A stretch of 64,000 nt of DNA from Eledone cirrhosa (Eukaryota): positions 25,482,001-25,546,000 of the forward strand of contig OZ024756.1 in NCBI GenBank assembly GCA_964016885.1, in the 5' to 3' direction. The position numbers and the translations under genes are program-made. The notes under the pieces are model-generated. The model was not told where the DNA came from, did no database searches, and was given only the letters and a program-made list of their open reading frames with translations. Shown here piece after piece: positions 12,331-25,300 of this stretch. Within the stretch, counting starts at the first letter, position 1; every line of letters begins with the position of its first letter.

Positions 12331-15300
12331 TATTTATTTATATATTTGTACTTTTGTGTATATTTTTCAGTATAAAGATGCCTTTATGAAAGCCAACCCA
12401 GATTACAAATGGCACAGTTATGATAAATCAAATTTACTGCTGAATACAAATTGTGTTCCTAGCTACAGAGATGACCAACTGCTTCCTCCTGCAAAACCAA
12501 ATATCTCTTCAGACATCACAAACAAAGCCTTCAATAAGGGTATGTTAACTCTTTTCTCACTTTATTTCTAACAACAATATAATGTTGAGTACTAACTCCG
12601 TCAGTGAAGACTTTCCCAACTCATGCTAGCAGGGAATACAGACGTTAACTGGTGTTGATGATTATGTTTTGATTGTGAAAAATCATCAAATTTTTCCTTG
12701 TTTTATTATACAAAAAAAGAACTTTCATTGTTCCAAACAATCCTGGTTCGATTATACAAAACCTTTTTTTATCTAAAACCTTCCATCATAATTATATGTA
12801 AAAACCTTTATGTTCCACCAACCAGTTTAATTATTAGAAAGTTAGTTATATTACTAAATCCCACCAAATTCTTGAATATTATTAAAATGATTTTACTATT
12901 ATAGGCAGTGTCTTTCGTTAGAAATATCGTAATGAAAGGTTTAACACTATTTTGACCATATTTCTAAGAATATACTGCTTTCTGTGTTTTAATTATCAAA
13001 ATAATCGAGAACCACTTTACAGAACCGACTGTGTGAAGTTTATCATGGCACCAGCACTACTACTTTACAGAGTGGACTGGGTGTATTATATCGTGGCACC
13101 AGCACTACCAATTTACAGGCTGGTCTGAGTGCTTTATATTGAGAGGTTGTCACATGCTAAGTCAGACTGAAGAGTCCTCTCAAACCTTACATTGTTTCTG
13201 TTTAATTCCCAGACACTGTATCCCCCACTCTCTCATCATGTTTACTTACTTTTAGTGTCATGGCACTTATATTGGTGTATGGGTCTTTCATATTATGGTC
13301 TATCACCACTAAACTGGTCCTGTCATCTCCTTCGTGAGATTCAATTTTTTTGAGATCATTCCTCACATCATGCCATGTCTTCCTTGGTCTCCTTCTTCCA
13401 CAGATTCCATCCACTTTAAGTGCACAGCACTTTTTTATATGTCTTTTGCATGCTACATTCTATTCCTCTTACATTCAGCTTTTTTCTTAGCTCACCTGTG
13501 TTCTGCCATTCATGTATGCTAACATTGAGCAAAGCATGCATGCTACATTTGCTTTTAACCATCACCAATCTTCTGCACTGAAGGCCCATATCCCATTGTG
13601 TTGCGGCATTGCAGTTCAAACACAAACTTTATAAAATCTACACCTCACTCCGAGAAAGAAACCTGATTGACCAGCTGCTTTTATTATGGCTCCTATGATT
13701 TATATGTGGTGGTGGTAGAGGCTGTAGTAGTAGTAGTGGTGGTGGTGGCGGTGGCGGCGGCAAAAGCAGTTAAACTAAGAAATGTTGAAACAATTCTGAC
13801 ACCTCCTTCCCACTACCCCCCCCCCCCCCCCCACCACCACCACCACTACCACCACTAAAAGCCACCTGTGTATAAGAGCCACCAGTTAGTGTTTGGTAGT
13901 GTACACAGGTCAGTCAATTGTATATACCTTTGGACCAGGGCAAAGGTCAAATGCCAATATAATAAACAGTAAATATAAAAATCTGAAAGTCCCGCAACAT
14001 AGAGGAATTGACAATTATCTATGACAGTACACACACATAGAGTGTGTCCCCAAAAATGTATATGTATATTTATTAGAATGCTGTTGAAGTGTATACATTT
14101 TTGGGACACCCTGTATATGTATGTATACATACATGTGCGTGTGTATATATATATATAATATTAGAATATATATTTAATATACCATAGTATTTAAAACATT
14201 CAAACATCAATAATATAACTTTCACATTATTAAGCTGGTGTTTGGAACATAATTTAACCCCTTAGCATTTACATTATTTTATATATATATATCATATTTT
14301 TTTGAAAAAGGCTTACCTCACATAATTATCTTACATAATATCGAATCTATGAGGTTTTGATATTTTTTATTTTGCGAACAATACCTTAACATCAGTATGA
14401 GCGGGCGGTTACAACCGGTTTGAACAGAAAGAGGTGAAAGAATTCTGGCCGGATACGGTCGGTTTAGATGCTAACAAAGGTTCATACATAACATTAAGAT
14501 GGATGCTTGTTAGATAATTATAAACACTTCAAAAACAAACAGTTTTGTATGGCAGAACCAGCAGTGGTTTGATGGGAAAAGGATTGATATGACTTTCGTA
14601 GACATTTTTTCATGCTCAGAGTTGCTGAAGCATGGAACAAACTGCCTGCGTCAGTTATTAGCTGCCGAGACACTGCATCCTTTAAGACACTCATGCTTCT
14701 CGAAATACGCCAAAACTACACCTGATGTACCCCTTCCATACACATGCACACATGTGTGTATCATGACTCATGCACTGTTCATTTTCCTGACGTTTTTCCA
14801 TTACCCTATGTACTGTACATACACTTTTTGATGAGTTGTAGTGCACCTGAGCACTGTACACAATATTTCATTATTATATTATTATTATATGAACCTCAGG
14901 ATTTGGTTTTTTGTGTCTGGTCCGTATTTCATTGATCTGTATTTGTTCAACTGCTAAATTACTGGACATAAACAAGCAGTAAAGCACACACACACACACA
15001 CACATTATATAAATAAATATATGATGATTTCTTATGAATGAAACAGTTCTAGTTCTGTAGAAGTCATTTCTATAAGATAAAAATGCCTATACTCTAACAT
15101 ATTGAGTACCTTTACATCAGGAATCCACTTATTATTATTTATATATATATATAATACACAAGACCCATCTTCCCATGTGTACGGGTTGAAACACACTTCT
15201 TGTATGCACCATTTCAGCTATATATATAGCTGTTAATATATATATATGTGTGTTGTGTACACACATATATTCGTAACGGGAAAAATTGGTCATATAGGGT

Positions 15301-18300
15301 AGCCGTGTTTTAAAATAACAGAGGCTAGGAAATCGCCATTTTCATCCCACCCACCCACCCACCCTATACCTATCACCTTCCGGTATGCATGTCTGACGCT
15401 GTACGTTAAACCAAGTTCCACTCAGCGCAGACACGGGGCGGACGGAGGCTCCGTAAGCCATAGCGTAGGCAACCCATCTAGGAGAGATAAATTGGTGCAG
15501 AGTAGAGAAGTCCCCTAAGTCCAGTAAGACATCTTCCTTAGTGCTGGTGGCATGAATAAAAGCACCCAGTCCATGCTGTAAAATGGAGTGGTGGATAGGG
15601 CCCCCTGAGTCCAGTAAGATAACCTCTCTAGTGCTGGTGGCACGAATAAAAGCACCCAGTCCATGCTGTAAAGTGGTGCTGGTGTTAGGAAGGGCATCCA
15701 ACCAGTGTATATACTACTGCCAAAAACAAATGAGAATTACAACAACTGTGTAAACAGCAATAACACTAACCATATTAAGACTGCGCACGGTAGTGGGGTG
15801 GCTGGTGTCAAGCAATCACACAACAGGAACAAGAACAAGAATATGAAGACGTCGCATCTCAGAGTTGCCACACCTAGTGTTGGCACTCTTACAGGTAGAT
15901 CTGGTGAGATGGCGGTGATGCTGGAAAGAATGCATGTGTGCTATGTGCAAGAGGTGAGATGGAGAGGTGCCTCTGCAAGACTAATCGCAGGCAAACATCT
16001 TAGTTATAAGCAATTCTGGGTGGGAAATGATGATGTGTTAGTGGGGTAGGCATTTTACTGGCTGAGAGATGGATCGATAAGACAATAGAGGTAGTTAGAG
16101 TTAGTAATAGAATAATTAAGCTTAGATTAGTTGTAGGTAAGAGACTACTGACAATCATCTCTGCCTATGCTCCCCAGGCAGGCCTAGCTAAAGTAGAGAA
16201 AGACTGCTTTTAGGAGCAACTTTTAGAAACAGCCACAATGACGGAGGACAGAGACATCGTTATGCTAGCAGGGGACTTCAATGGTCATGTTGGGCAGCTC
16301 CAGGATGGATAAACTGGGATACATGGTGGGCACGGTTATGGCTCAAGAAATGAAGGAGTGAGGAGGCTTCTTGAATTTTGTGATGCAAGTGCACTAACCA
16401 TTTGCAACACTAACTTCAAGAAACCTACCAACCACCTAATAACCTACAAATCGGGCAAGCACAAGCCAGATTGACTTCTTGCTAGTTAGGCAGCGAGACA
16501 GACAGATGGTGTCAAATACTAAGGCATACCCCGAGGAAGAATGTACCACACAGCATAGGTTAGTCGTTAGTGACATCTGAGTAAGCAAGAGACATAATGA
16601 GACATACAGGAAGGTGTGGAAAAGAAAGGTCTGGAAGCTAAAAGACCTTTCACTAAAATATAAATTTAGGAAAGCCCTTCAAGATGTGTATGACGAAAAA
16701 GAAGACGATTTAGAGTCGTATGACATAGATGATAATTGGAATTTCTTACGTGACAGCTTACTGCAGGCTACTGAAGAAACTTGTGGCTGGAGCGGAGCTC
16801 CAACCAGACAGAGAGTGACCTGGTGGTGGAACAGCACGGTAGATAGGGCCATTAGAGACAAAAGACTAGCATGGAATGCTTGGAAAAATGGTGGGAGTAG
16901 AGAAGGATACACAGCCGCTAAGAGAGAAGCTAGACATCAGGTGTACTTAGCACGCAGGGAGGCTGAGAGTAGGAGGTTTGCCAATGTTCTGCGACGGGAA
17001 GATCAGAGACGTGCGGTGTTCCGCATTACAAGGCAGTGTGCCAGTGCAAATCAGGATGTTGTTGGAGATAAGTGTGTCCGGAATGATGCTGGTGTACTTA
17101 GTGTCATGAATGATCAGAAAAAGGAGGCCTGGAAATGTCATTATGAGAGACTGATGAATGTGAAGAACGAATGGGAGAGAGAGAAATTACCCTCAGTAGA
17201 CCCGACTGAGGGACCAGTTATTAAATTTAGGGTCCAAGAGGCTATTAAGCAAATGAAAAATAGTAAGGCCGCTGGACCATCAGGAATAGTTGCTGAGATG
17301 CTGAAGGCATCTGGAGAGGTAGGCACTAAACTGGTTGCACGCATCATCAATCAAGCTATATATGGCGGTGTCATACCCAAAGACTGATGCAGCAGTATTC
17401 TCATAAATTGCTACAAAGGTAAAGGGGATGCTCTGGAGAGGAGGCATTATAGAGGCATAAAGCTGATGGATCAGGTTATGAAAGTGGCAGAGAGAATATT
17501 AGCGCAACTGATTAGAAAAAGGGTCAAATTAGATGAGAAGCAGTTTGGTTTTGTGCCTGGGAAAAATACAACAGATGCCCTCTTCTTGGTGAGACAACTA
17601 CAAGAGAGGTTCTTAGAAAGAATAAGCCACTATACTTAGCTTTTGTTGACCTAGAGAAGGCCTTTGATAGGGTACCTCGATCTGTCATCTGGTGATCCCT
17701 AAGCAAACTAGATGTAGAGGAATGGCTTGTGAGGACAGTGCAAGCTATGTATGGAGGTGCTGTCAGTAAAGTGAGAGTAGGAATAGAGTTTAGTGAGGAA
17801 TTTCAGATACAAGTAGGAGTACATCAGGGTTCGGTCCTCAGCCCGCTCTTGTTCATTATACTCCTCCAAGCCATAACAGAGGAGTTTAAGACTGGCTGCC
17901 TAGGAACTTCTCTATCTTGATGATCTGGTTCTTATAGCAGAATCAGTAGAGGAGCTAGAGAATAAATTCTGGCTATGGAAACAGCAGTTGGAATCAAGAG
18001 GACTGAGAGTGAACCTAGCTAAGACAAAAGTGTTGATAAATAGAAAAGAGGACAAAACTCTGATTCCGTCAGGGAAATGGCCATGTTCGATATGTAGAAA
18101 AGGAACTGGCATAAATTCTATAAAATATACGCTATGCAGATCTTGTGTACACAAGAGATGTAGTGGGATAGCAGGTAGGGAAAACTATGAATGCAGTAGA
18201 TGTACAGGGAAAGTTGGCAGTAGTAATCGCAGTGATAGACACATTTTTCAAATGCAGGTGGGTTCTATAGAAGTGGTTGATCAGATTAGCATGGGAGGGG

Positions 18301-21300
18301 GGGAGGGGGGCGAGGCCATAGTATCTAGAATAAGGACGGGTTGGAAGAAGTTTAGGGAGATGCTTCCTCTGTTGACAAAGAAGGGTTTCTCCCTGCGTAC
18401 GAAAGACCGGTTATATGATGCCTGTGTGAGATGCGTGATGCTGCATGGTAGTGAGACATGGGCAGCAACTGCAGAGGATATGCGACGGCTGGAGAGAAAT
18501 GAAGCAAGCATCCTCCGTTGGATGTGCAATGTCAATATGCATGAACGACCAAGCATAGATTAGATGAGTTGAGAGAGAAACTGGGTATAAAGGGATAAGG
18601 TGTGGTATGCAGGAGAGAAGACTGAGATGGTATGGACATGTGAAGTGCATGGAGGATGACTGCTGGGTAAAGAAGTGTCAAGAAATCCCGGTAGAGGAAG
18701 ACCACGAAAAACATGGGCGGAGGTGGTGAGAGCAGATCTCAGATCGCTGAAACACACGGAGGAGATGACGAAGGACCGTGACAAGTAGACAGATGCTGTG
18801 CTGAATAGGACCCGTCCCACCCTTGCAAGCAGGGAAAAGCAGACGTAAAATGATGATGATTATATATATATATATATATATAAATAGTTTGCTTGTTTGT
18901 TTCCTATACATTTAAAAACCAGTGGACAATCCTGTTCAAACTTGGCATGTGAGTTACTTAGTCTCAGGAATAGGTTTTCCTCCCACTTGGACCTATATTC
19001 GTTTGTTTATCAATCTGTGATCATGGTAGTCATTACGACTTGTCGTCTTTACTACGATGGAATGTGACGGAAAATAGAGAGAATGGTGAAGTAAGAATTT
19101 GAGAGAAAGTCAGCACACGGGGAAATTAAATAGAGCACTGAAAGTCAAAGATGGAACTAAGCTTTCGACATAGTAGCCGACACTAAACCAACAAACACAC
19201 ACTTGCTTCAGTATTGACTGCTCTTCTCTTTCCTACGACTAAAACAAGTGAGCGACATGCGTTCACTCAACGTAAAGCAACAACACACATTTGCTTTAGT
19301 ATCAAAATCTGCTCTCTCCCGTATCGGCTGCAGCACATTTTGTCATACATACTTTATATATCTTCCATGTATGTGTCATATCAGCTTCTTATTTAGCCCG
19401 TTTGTGGACATCGTGTTTGTATTTTAAAGCACGCTAAGGGAGTAAGTAATTCTGAGTTAGTCATGGTTGTAGTTTGTGACAGCGGTGACACTGTTGATAT
19501 CTCACTGTTACTATGTCTACCAACATTATTGTTATAAACTCAAGAAAGTTTCTAGATATAAGTTTGAAAGCAGAGGCAACAGAGAGGAGCTCCAACTAGA
19601 TCCTGTCAACAAAATCTCCATATGGTTTAAATACACAAGTCTCCAATATGCAAATGCCTAAATGTCAGCAGAAGGGCACCCAGGTGTCATGACCTGGATG
19701 CAGCCTGACCTCCTTAGAGTGTAAGAAGTTAAGGGCCAAAACACTTGCTTGAGGGGAGTTTCTTCTCACTAGATATTCTACTATCCAGCTCCCCTGAGAG
19801 TTTCTTGCCATTACCTTCTTCATAACTTTCCCATGTGTTTATATGCCATATTTTTGTATATATGTGTGCGTGTGTATCAGCCTCTCATTAAATTTTGGTT
19901 TCTTTATTTGATTTATGGAAACACTACTAAAAATAACACATGTGAAACCTGTAATATTTTCTGCATATTCATTTCCATTAGTGTTTAGTTGTTTTAGTTG
20001 TTGTTTCCAAAATAATCACTGAGAGTTAATGTAGTGGGTCTCCTCCATTCAATGAAATTTAACTCAACTTAGATCCATCATTAACAGAAAAATTGAAAAA
20101 TTTTAGATGAAAAATAGTGACATTAGAAGCTGCAAAATGCCATCAAAAAATAGACCTTCATTTGGAAGAAAGTCTCACAAAGCAGCTACAAAAGGAGAAT
20201 GAAACTAAAGGGCAGCAACAAGAAAGACTCCAAAAACAAAGAAAAACAACAGCGAAATATAGGCAAAATGAATCAAAAGAACAAAAATCAAAATATCTGT
20301 TGATGTTAAGACAAAGAAAGCAACTTTTCATCAAGAGGAATTAGATGTACAAAACAGACAGGATGAATCATGCACAAAACTCATCATAGCTTCAACAACA
20401 AAGATTAAGAAGTGCACAGAATAGACAGGATGTATCAAAGGAACAACGATGAAAAAAGTTTGCTGAAGATAGGACAACGAAGGCGACTATTCGTCAAGAG
20501 GAATCAGATGTACAAAAATCATTAAGTAAACAAATGGGAAGAAATAGAGCAGCTGAAAGGTGACATGAAAAAACTGAAGCTCAAAACAACTCAAAGGCTA
20601 TGTGAACAGAGAGCAAGAACAGGAGATTTATAATTTGAAAAGGTTGCCAAGTGGAACTTTGTTGCTTTTAGTTACAATCCACATCAAGACTATGCCTTAG
20701 AATATTTAATTCAAATTTCCTCAATGAACAAAATTTGTCCAAATTGTAGTGCTAAAAAATAGAATGGTGAGTCAACTGGATTGTGATGTTTGAATGGAAA
20801 GATTAAGTTAGACTATTACCTGAACTACAAGAACTCTTGAGGGGACTGTTGATTGGTACAATTGAATTAAGGCACTTTCTTCAAAATATCCAGAAGTACA
20901 ATAGTGCATTCCAAATAACATCATTTGGTGCAAATGTCATCCACGAAGGTAGCTTTATGCCCACTTTCAAGATCCAAGGACAAGTGTACCATAGAATTGT
21001 ACCACTTCAGCCATTTTCAGAAGAACCACCAAAATATTTCATCAGTTATATGAAAACCCAAGCACAGACAAGATATGAAAGGAATAAAGAAACAGTACAA
21101 AATCACATTGCAATTACAACATGTGTTACATATAACAAACAGCTATATTTAAATATATCCTAGAAAAAGTTTTGAATATAATTTCATTATTTTTTTAACC
21201 TGGATAACTCCAGGTACTTCTGCTAGTATATATATTAAAAACTCTGTTCAGTCACAAATGACCATAAATTTACCCAATTGTTCCTTGAACTACGAGGAAT

Positions 21301-21819
21301 AATTGGGTAAATGTTGTCTATTTTTTCTTCACACTTATAATTATATATAGCTCTGATTAATTGATTATTTATTTATTTAATTATTTTGGGGCTATGAGGA
21401 AAAATTCGGTAAATTTTGTCTGTTTGTTCTTCACACTTAGAATTTTCTATATATATATATATCATCATTTTCATCATCATTTTACGTCCGCTTTTCCCTG
21501 CTTGCAAGGGTGGGACGGGAACTGATTCTGGCTTGATTTCTACAGCTGGATGCCCTTCCTAACACCAACCTACAGTGAGTGTTGGGTGCTTTTTTTTACG
21601 TGGCACCTACACGTCCACTTCACAGTGTGGGCTGGGTGCCTTTTTGCAGTGGAATGATAGGGACCCCAGTCCTATCATCTCATTTCTACAGCTGAGTAAA
21701 CTGGAGCAATGTGAAATAAAGTGTCTTGCTCAAGGAAACAACAAATCACCCAGTCTGAGAATTGAACTCATAATCTTTCGATTGCAAGGCCAATGCTCTA
21801 ACCACTAAGCCATGTGCCT

Positions 21820-21856
<37 letters not shown>

Positions 21857-22040
21857 CACACACACACACAATATTAATAAATGGAAACTATATTTATAAA
21901 ACCATATTTATTTCATTATATATATTTCAAGGATACCAAGTTAAATCATGGTATGCCTTCATCAGGCAAAATAAAATATATAACAGTTTTACAAATAGAT
22001 ATTGACGTACCCTTTCAAAAAGGTGACTGTTGCTTTTGGA

Positions 22041-22087
<47 letters not shown>

Positions 22088-22265
22088 GTTATTCCGGGTT
22101 GAATCGGAGGTAACCACAGTAAGTAAGGTACTCAATACATTGCAGAGTATAAAAGTTTTAATATAGATGAGATTCTACAGGACTAGAACTGTTTCATTCT
22201 TTAGAAATCATCAGGAATCTGATGATTTCTAAAGAATGAAACAGTTCTAGTCCTGTAGAATCTCA

Positions 22266-22304
<39 letters not shown>

Positions 22305-25300
22305 AGAGAGAGAGAAAATTCTAAGTGTGAAGAACACATACATATATGTGTGTGCTGTGAGTCGTAGAGCAGGGGGTCAAGATGTTAAAGTAACCCCTTC
22401 CTCTACACATGGGGAGTCCCCAACCAAAGTAGGAAATCCATGTATTTATTAATCTGTCCTTTATCATGAGTAATATTTATTTATTGCCATATGTTTATCT
22501 TGTGTGTGTACATGTGTGGTTGTTTGTGTGTGTGTACATGTGTGGTGATTGTGTGTGTGTACATGTGTGGTTGTTTGTGTGTGCATGTTTTATTTATTCT
22601 ATATATATATATGTGTGTGTGTGTTGTGTGTGTGTATTACAGTTATCATCTGTTACATATAGATATAGATAGGATTATGCTGATTGTGTGTGTGTGTGTG
22701 TATGTATATATATATATATATATATATATACATACACACACACACACACAATCAGCATAATATATATATATATATATATAGGCTCCCAGTCCACACTGTA
22801 AATGTGGTTGGTGTTAGGAAGGGCATCCAGGTACAGTTCCGTATGAGCGAGTCACGGTCATCCGACCAATCTTTCCTCAAGTGAGACAATCCCGTCTAAC
22901 CCATGCTAGCGTGTAAGATGGACATTAAATGATGATAACGATGATGATATCATCATCATCATCATCATTTAACATCCATCTTCCATGCTAGCATGGGTTA
23001 GACGATATAATATAGTTTAGATGAGATTATAACAACCATATAAGAGCAAAGAATATTTCAAAACTCAAATATAATTTTATAGTCCACAGCGAGTTAGGTA
23101 AAAAACAGTTCAGTGTTTAATCCAATCAGGCGGCACATTGGCAGAATCATTAGAATGTCAGATGGAATGCTTTGCTGTATTAATTTCGGCTTTCTTCTCT
23201 CTGAGTTCAAATCTCGTTGAGGTCAATTTTGCCTCCACATTGTGTCGAAAACGGCCCAGGTAGATATAAACAGAAATGGATGTTGTAAGGGCTAGAAAGA
23301 ACTAAAAAAAAAAAAAATGTCCAGTTAACCCTTCAGCATTTAAATTCTGGCCGTATCCAGCCAGAATTTTCTCGCCTCTTTCTGTTCAAACTGGCCGTAA
23401 CTGGCTATTCATACTGACATTAAATTATTGTTTTCAAAATAAATAATATCATCAAATTCTCATAGATTCCATATTATGTGAGATAAAACCTTTACCATGA
23501 AAATATAATAGTTATGTAAATGCTAAAGAGTTAAAGCAACTCAAATAAATAAATTTGGAGTAGTTATATACTATGTTAAGGTATCAATATATATTTAATA
23601 TGTATGCTCCGCACTGTAAATATGGTTGTTGTTAGGAAGGGCATCCAGGTGTAAAATCCCCAGCCAAATTTACAGTCTGCATGGGAGCAAGGTACAGCAT
23701 GGCTAATTCTGGCTAGACTTGTTTCCTCGACATGGACAACCCATCTAACCCATGGAAAAATGGACGCTAACCAGTGATGATGATCATGTTTCTCAATAAG
23801 CTCAATGGACCTTCATTTAACCCTTTAGCATTTACATTACTCTCTATATACTATTGTATTTTTGTGGTAAAAGCATATCTTACATAATTATCTCACATTT
23901 ACGATCTGAGTTCAAATCCCGCCGAGGTTAACTTTGCCTTTCATCCTTACGGGGTCAATAAAATAAAGTACCAGTAATGTACTGGGTAATTGCTGGTCTT
24001 GTGCCAAAAGTAGAAACAATTATTGAATCTGCAAGATTTTGATATTTATTTTGAGAACAATACCTTAACATACATATGAACGGCCATTTATGACCAGTTT
24101 TAACAGAAAGAAGTGAAATAATTCTGGCCGGTTTAAATGCTACAGAGTTAGAGCATCAATCAATTATTTTTTTTAGGGGCTCTTTCTAACCCCTACAACA
24201 TCCAGTCCTGTTTATATCTGCCCTGGCCATTAAACTTTTTGTCATCACGTAGAGTAGAGATTTAAAATAAACTCTCTGTTCTCGACAGATATAAAGGTAT
24301 TTTGTATAGTGTGGTACATATGACAATTCTTCTGATGATTAGATCCTGTTTTTTGGTGCTTTACCAAAATCGATTATTGGTAATCAATAATCGATTACTT
24401 AGATTGATAGTTTTGCTTCATTCTTTCTCTCTACAAATATCTTTTAAATTTAAATAATTTCCTTCCATTGCAGATTGCATGGCATGCTATCGGAGCTGCC
24501 CCAACAACAACACCACCACCAACAACAACATGAATTTATTAATGATGGCTATTGAACAGAACAGTACTGAGCCAACATGCAGCCACTTATCACAGTCGAA
24601 AATAAAGAAGGAGCTTCCAGTTTATTCTTCTGAGTCACCTGATATGGTGAGTATCTTCAGTCTCATCCTTTCCTTCTAATTAACTCTTTCATTAATATCT
24701 TGCTAATGAAAGACACTGTTTATGGTTTTGAAATAATTTTGAAAATAATCAAGAAAATGGAGTGATTAAATCATTTGTTGAGCCTGTGGTATGGCAGTTT
24801 AGTTGAGCCTGAGGTATGGCAGTTCAGTTGAACCTGGAGTATGACAGTTCAGTTGAACCTTGGGTATGACAGTTCAGGTGCATGGCGGTTGGAGTTAGGG
24901 TCATTGCCTATGGTTTACAATTAATTTTCAAAATAATCAATAATTTGGAGGGATTTAGTAATATAATTTTCTCATTAGTTGGTGTTTGGAGCATAAGTTA
25001 ACAAATGTTACAACAAATTTCTTCTGGTCGTTTTCCCTGCTAAATCAGGGGCTAGCCTTGCAAACCCCCCATGATAGGCTTCATTTTCATCATGGAGTCC
25101 ATTTTCAAGCAATGTTTTTACAGCCAGATGACCTTCCTAATGTCAGCCATTTTAGTTGTCTCTTACAACATGCTTGGATGCAGTGTACCTATCCTAAACC
25201 TGATAAATTCAGTATGACTTAAAGGTTCTGACCAGGGCCGGATTTAATGGGAGGCAAAAAGGGCAACTGCCCCAGGGTCTCTGCAGTTGGGCGCCCCACC

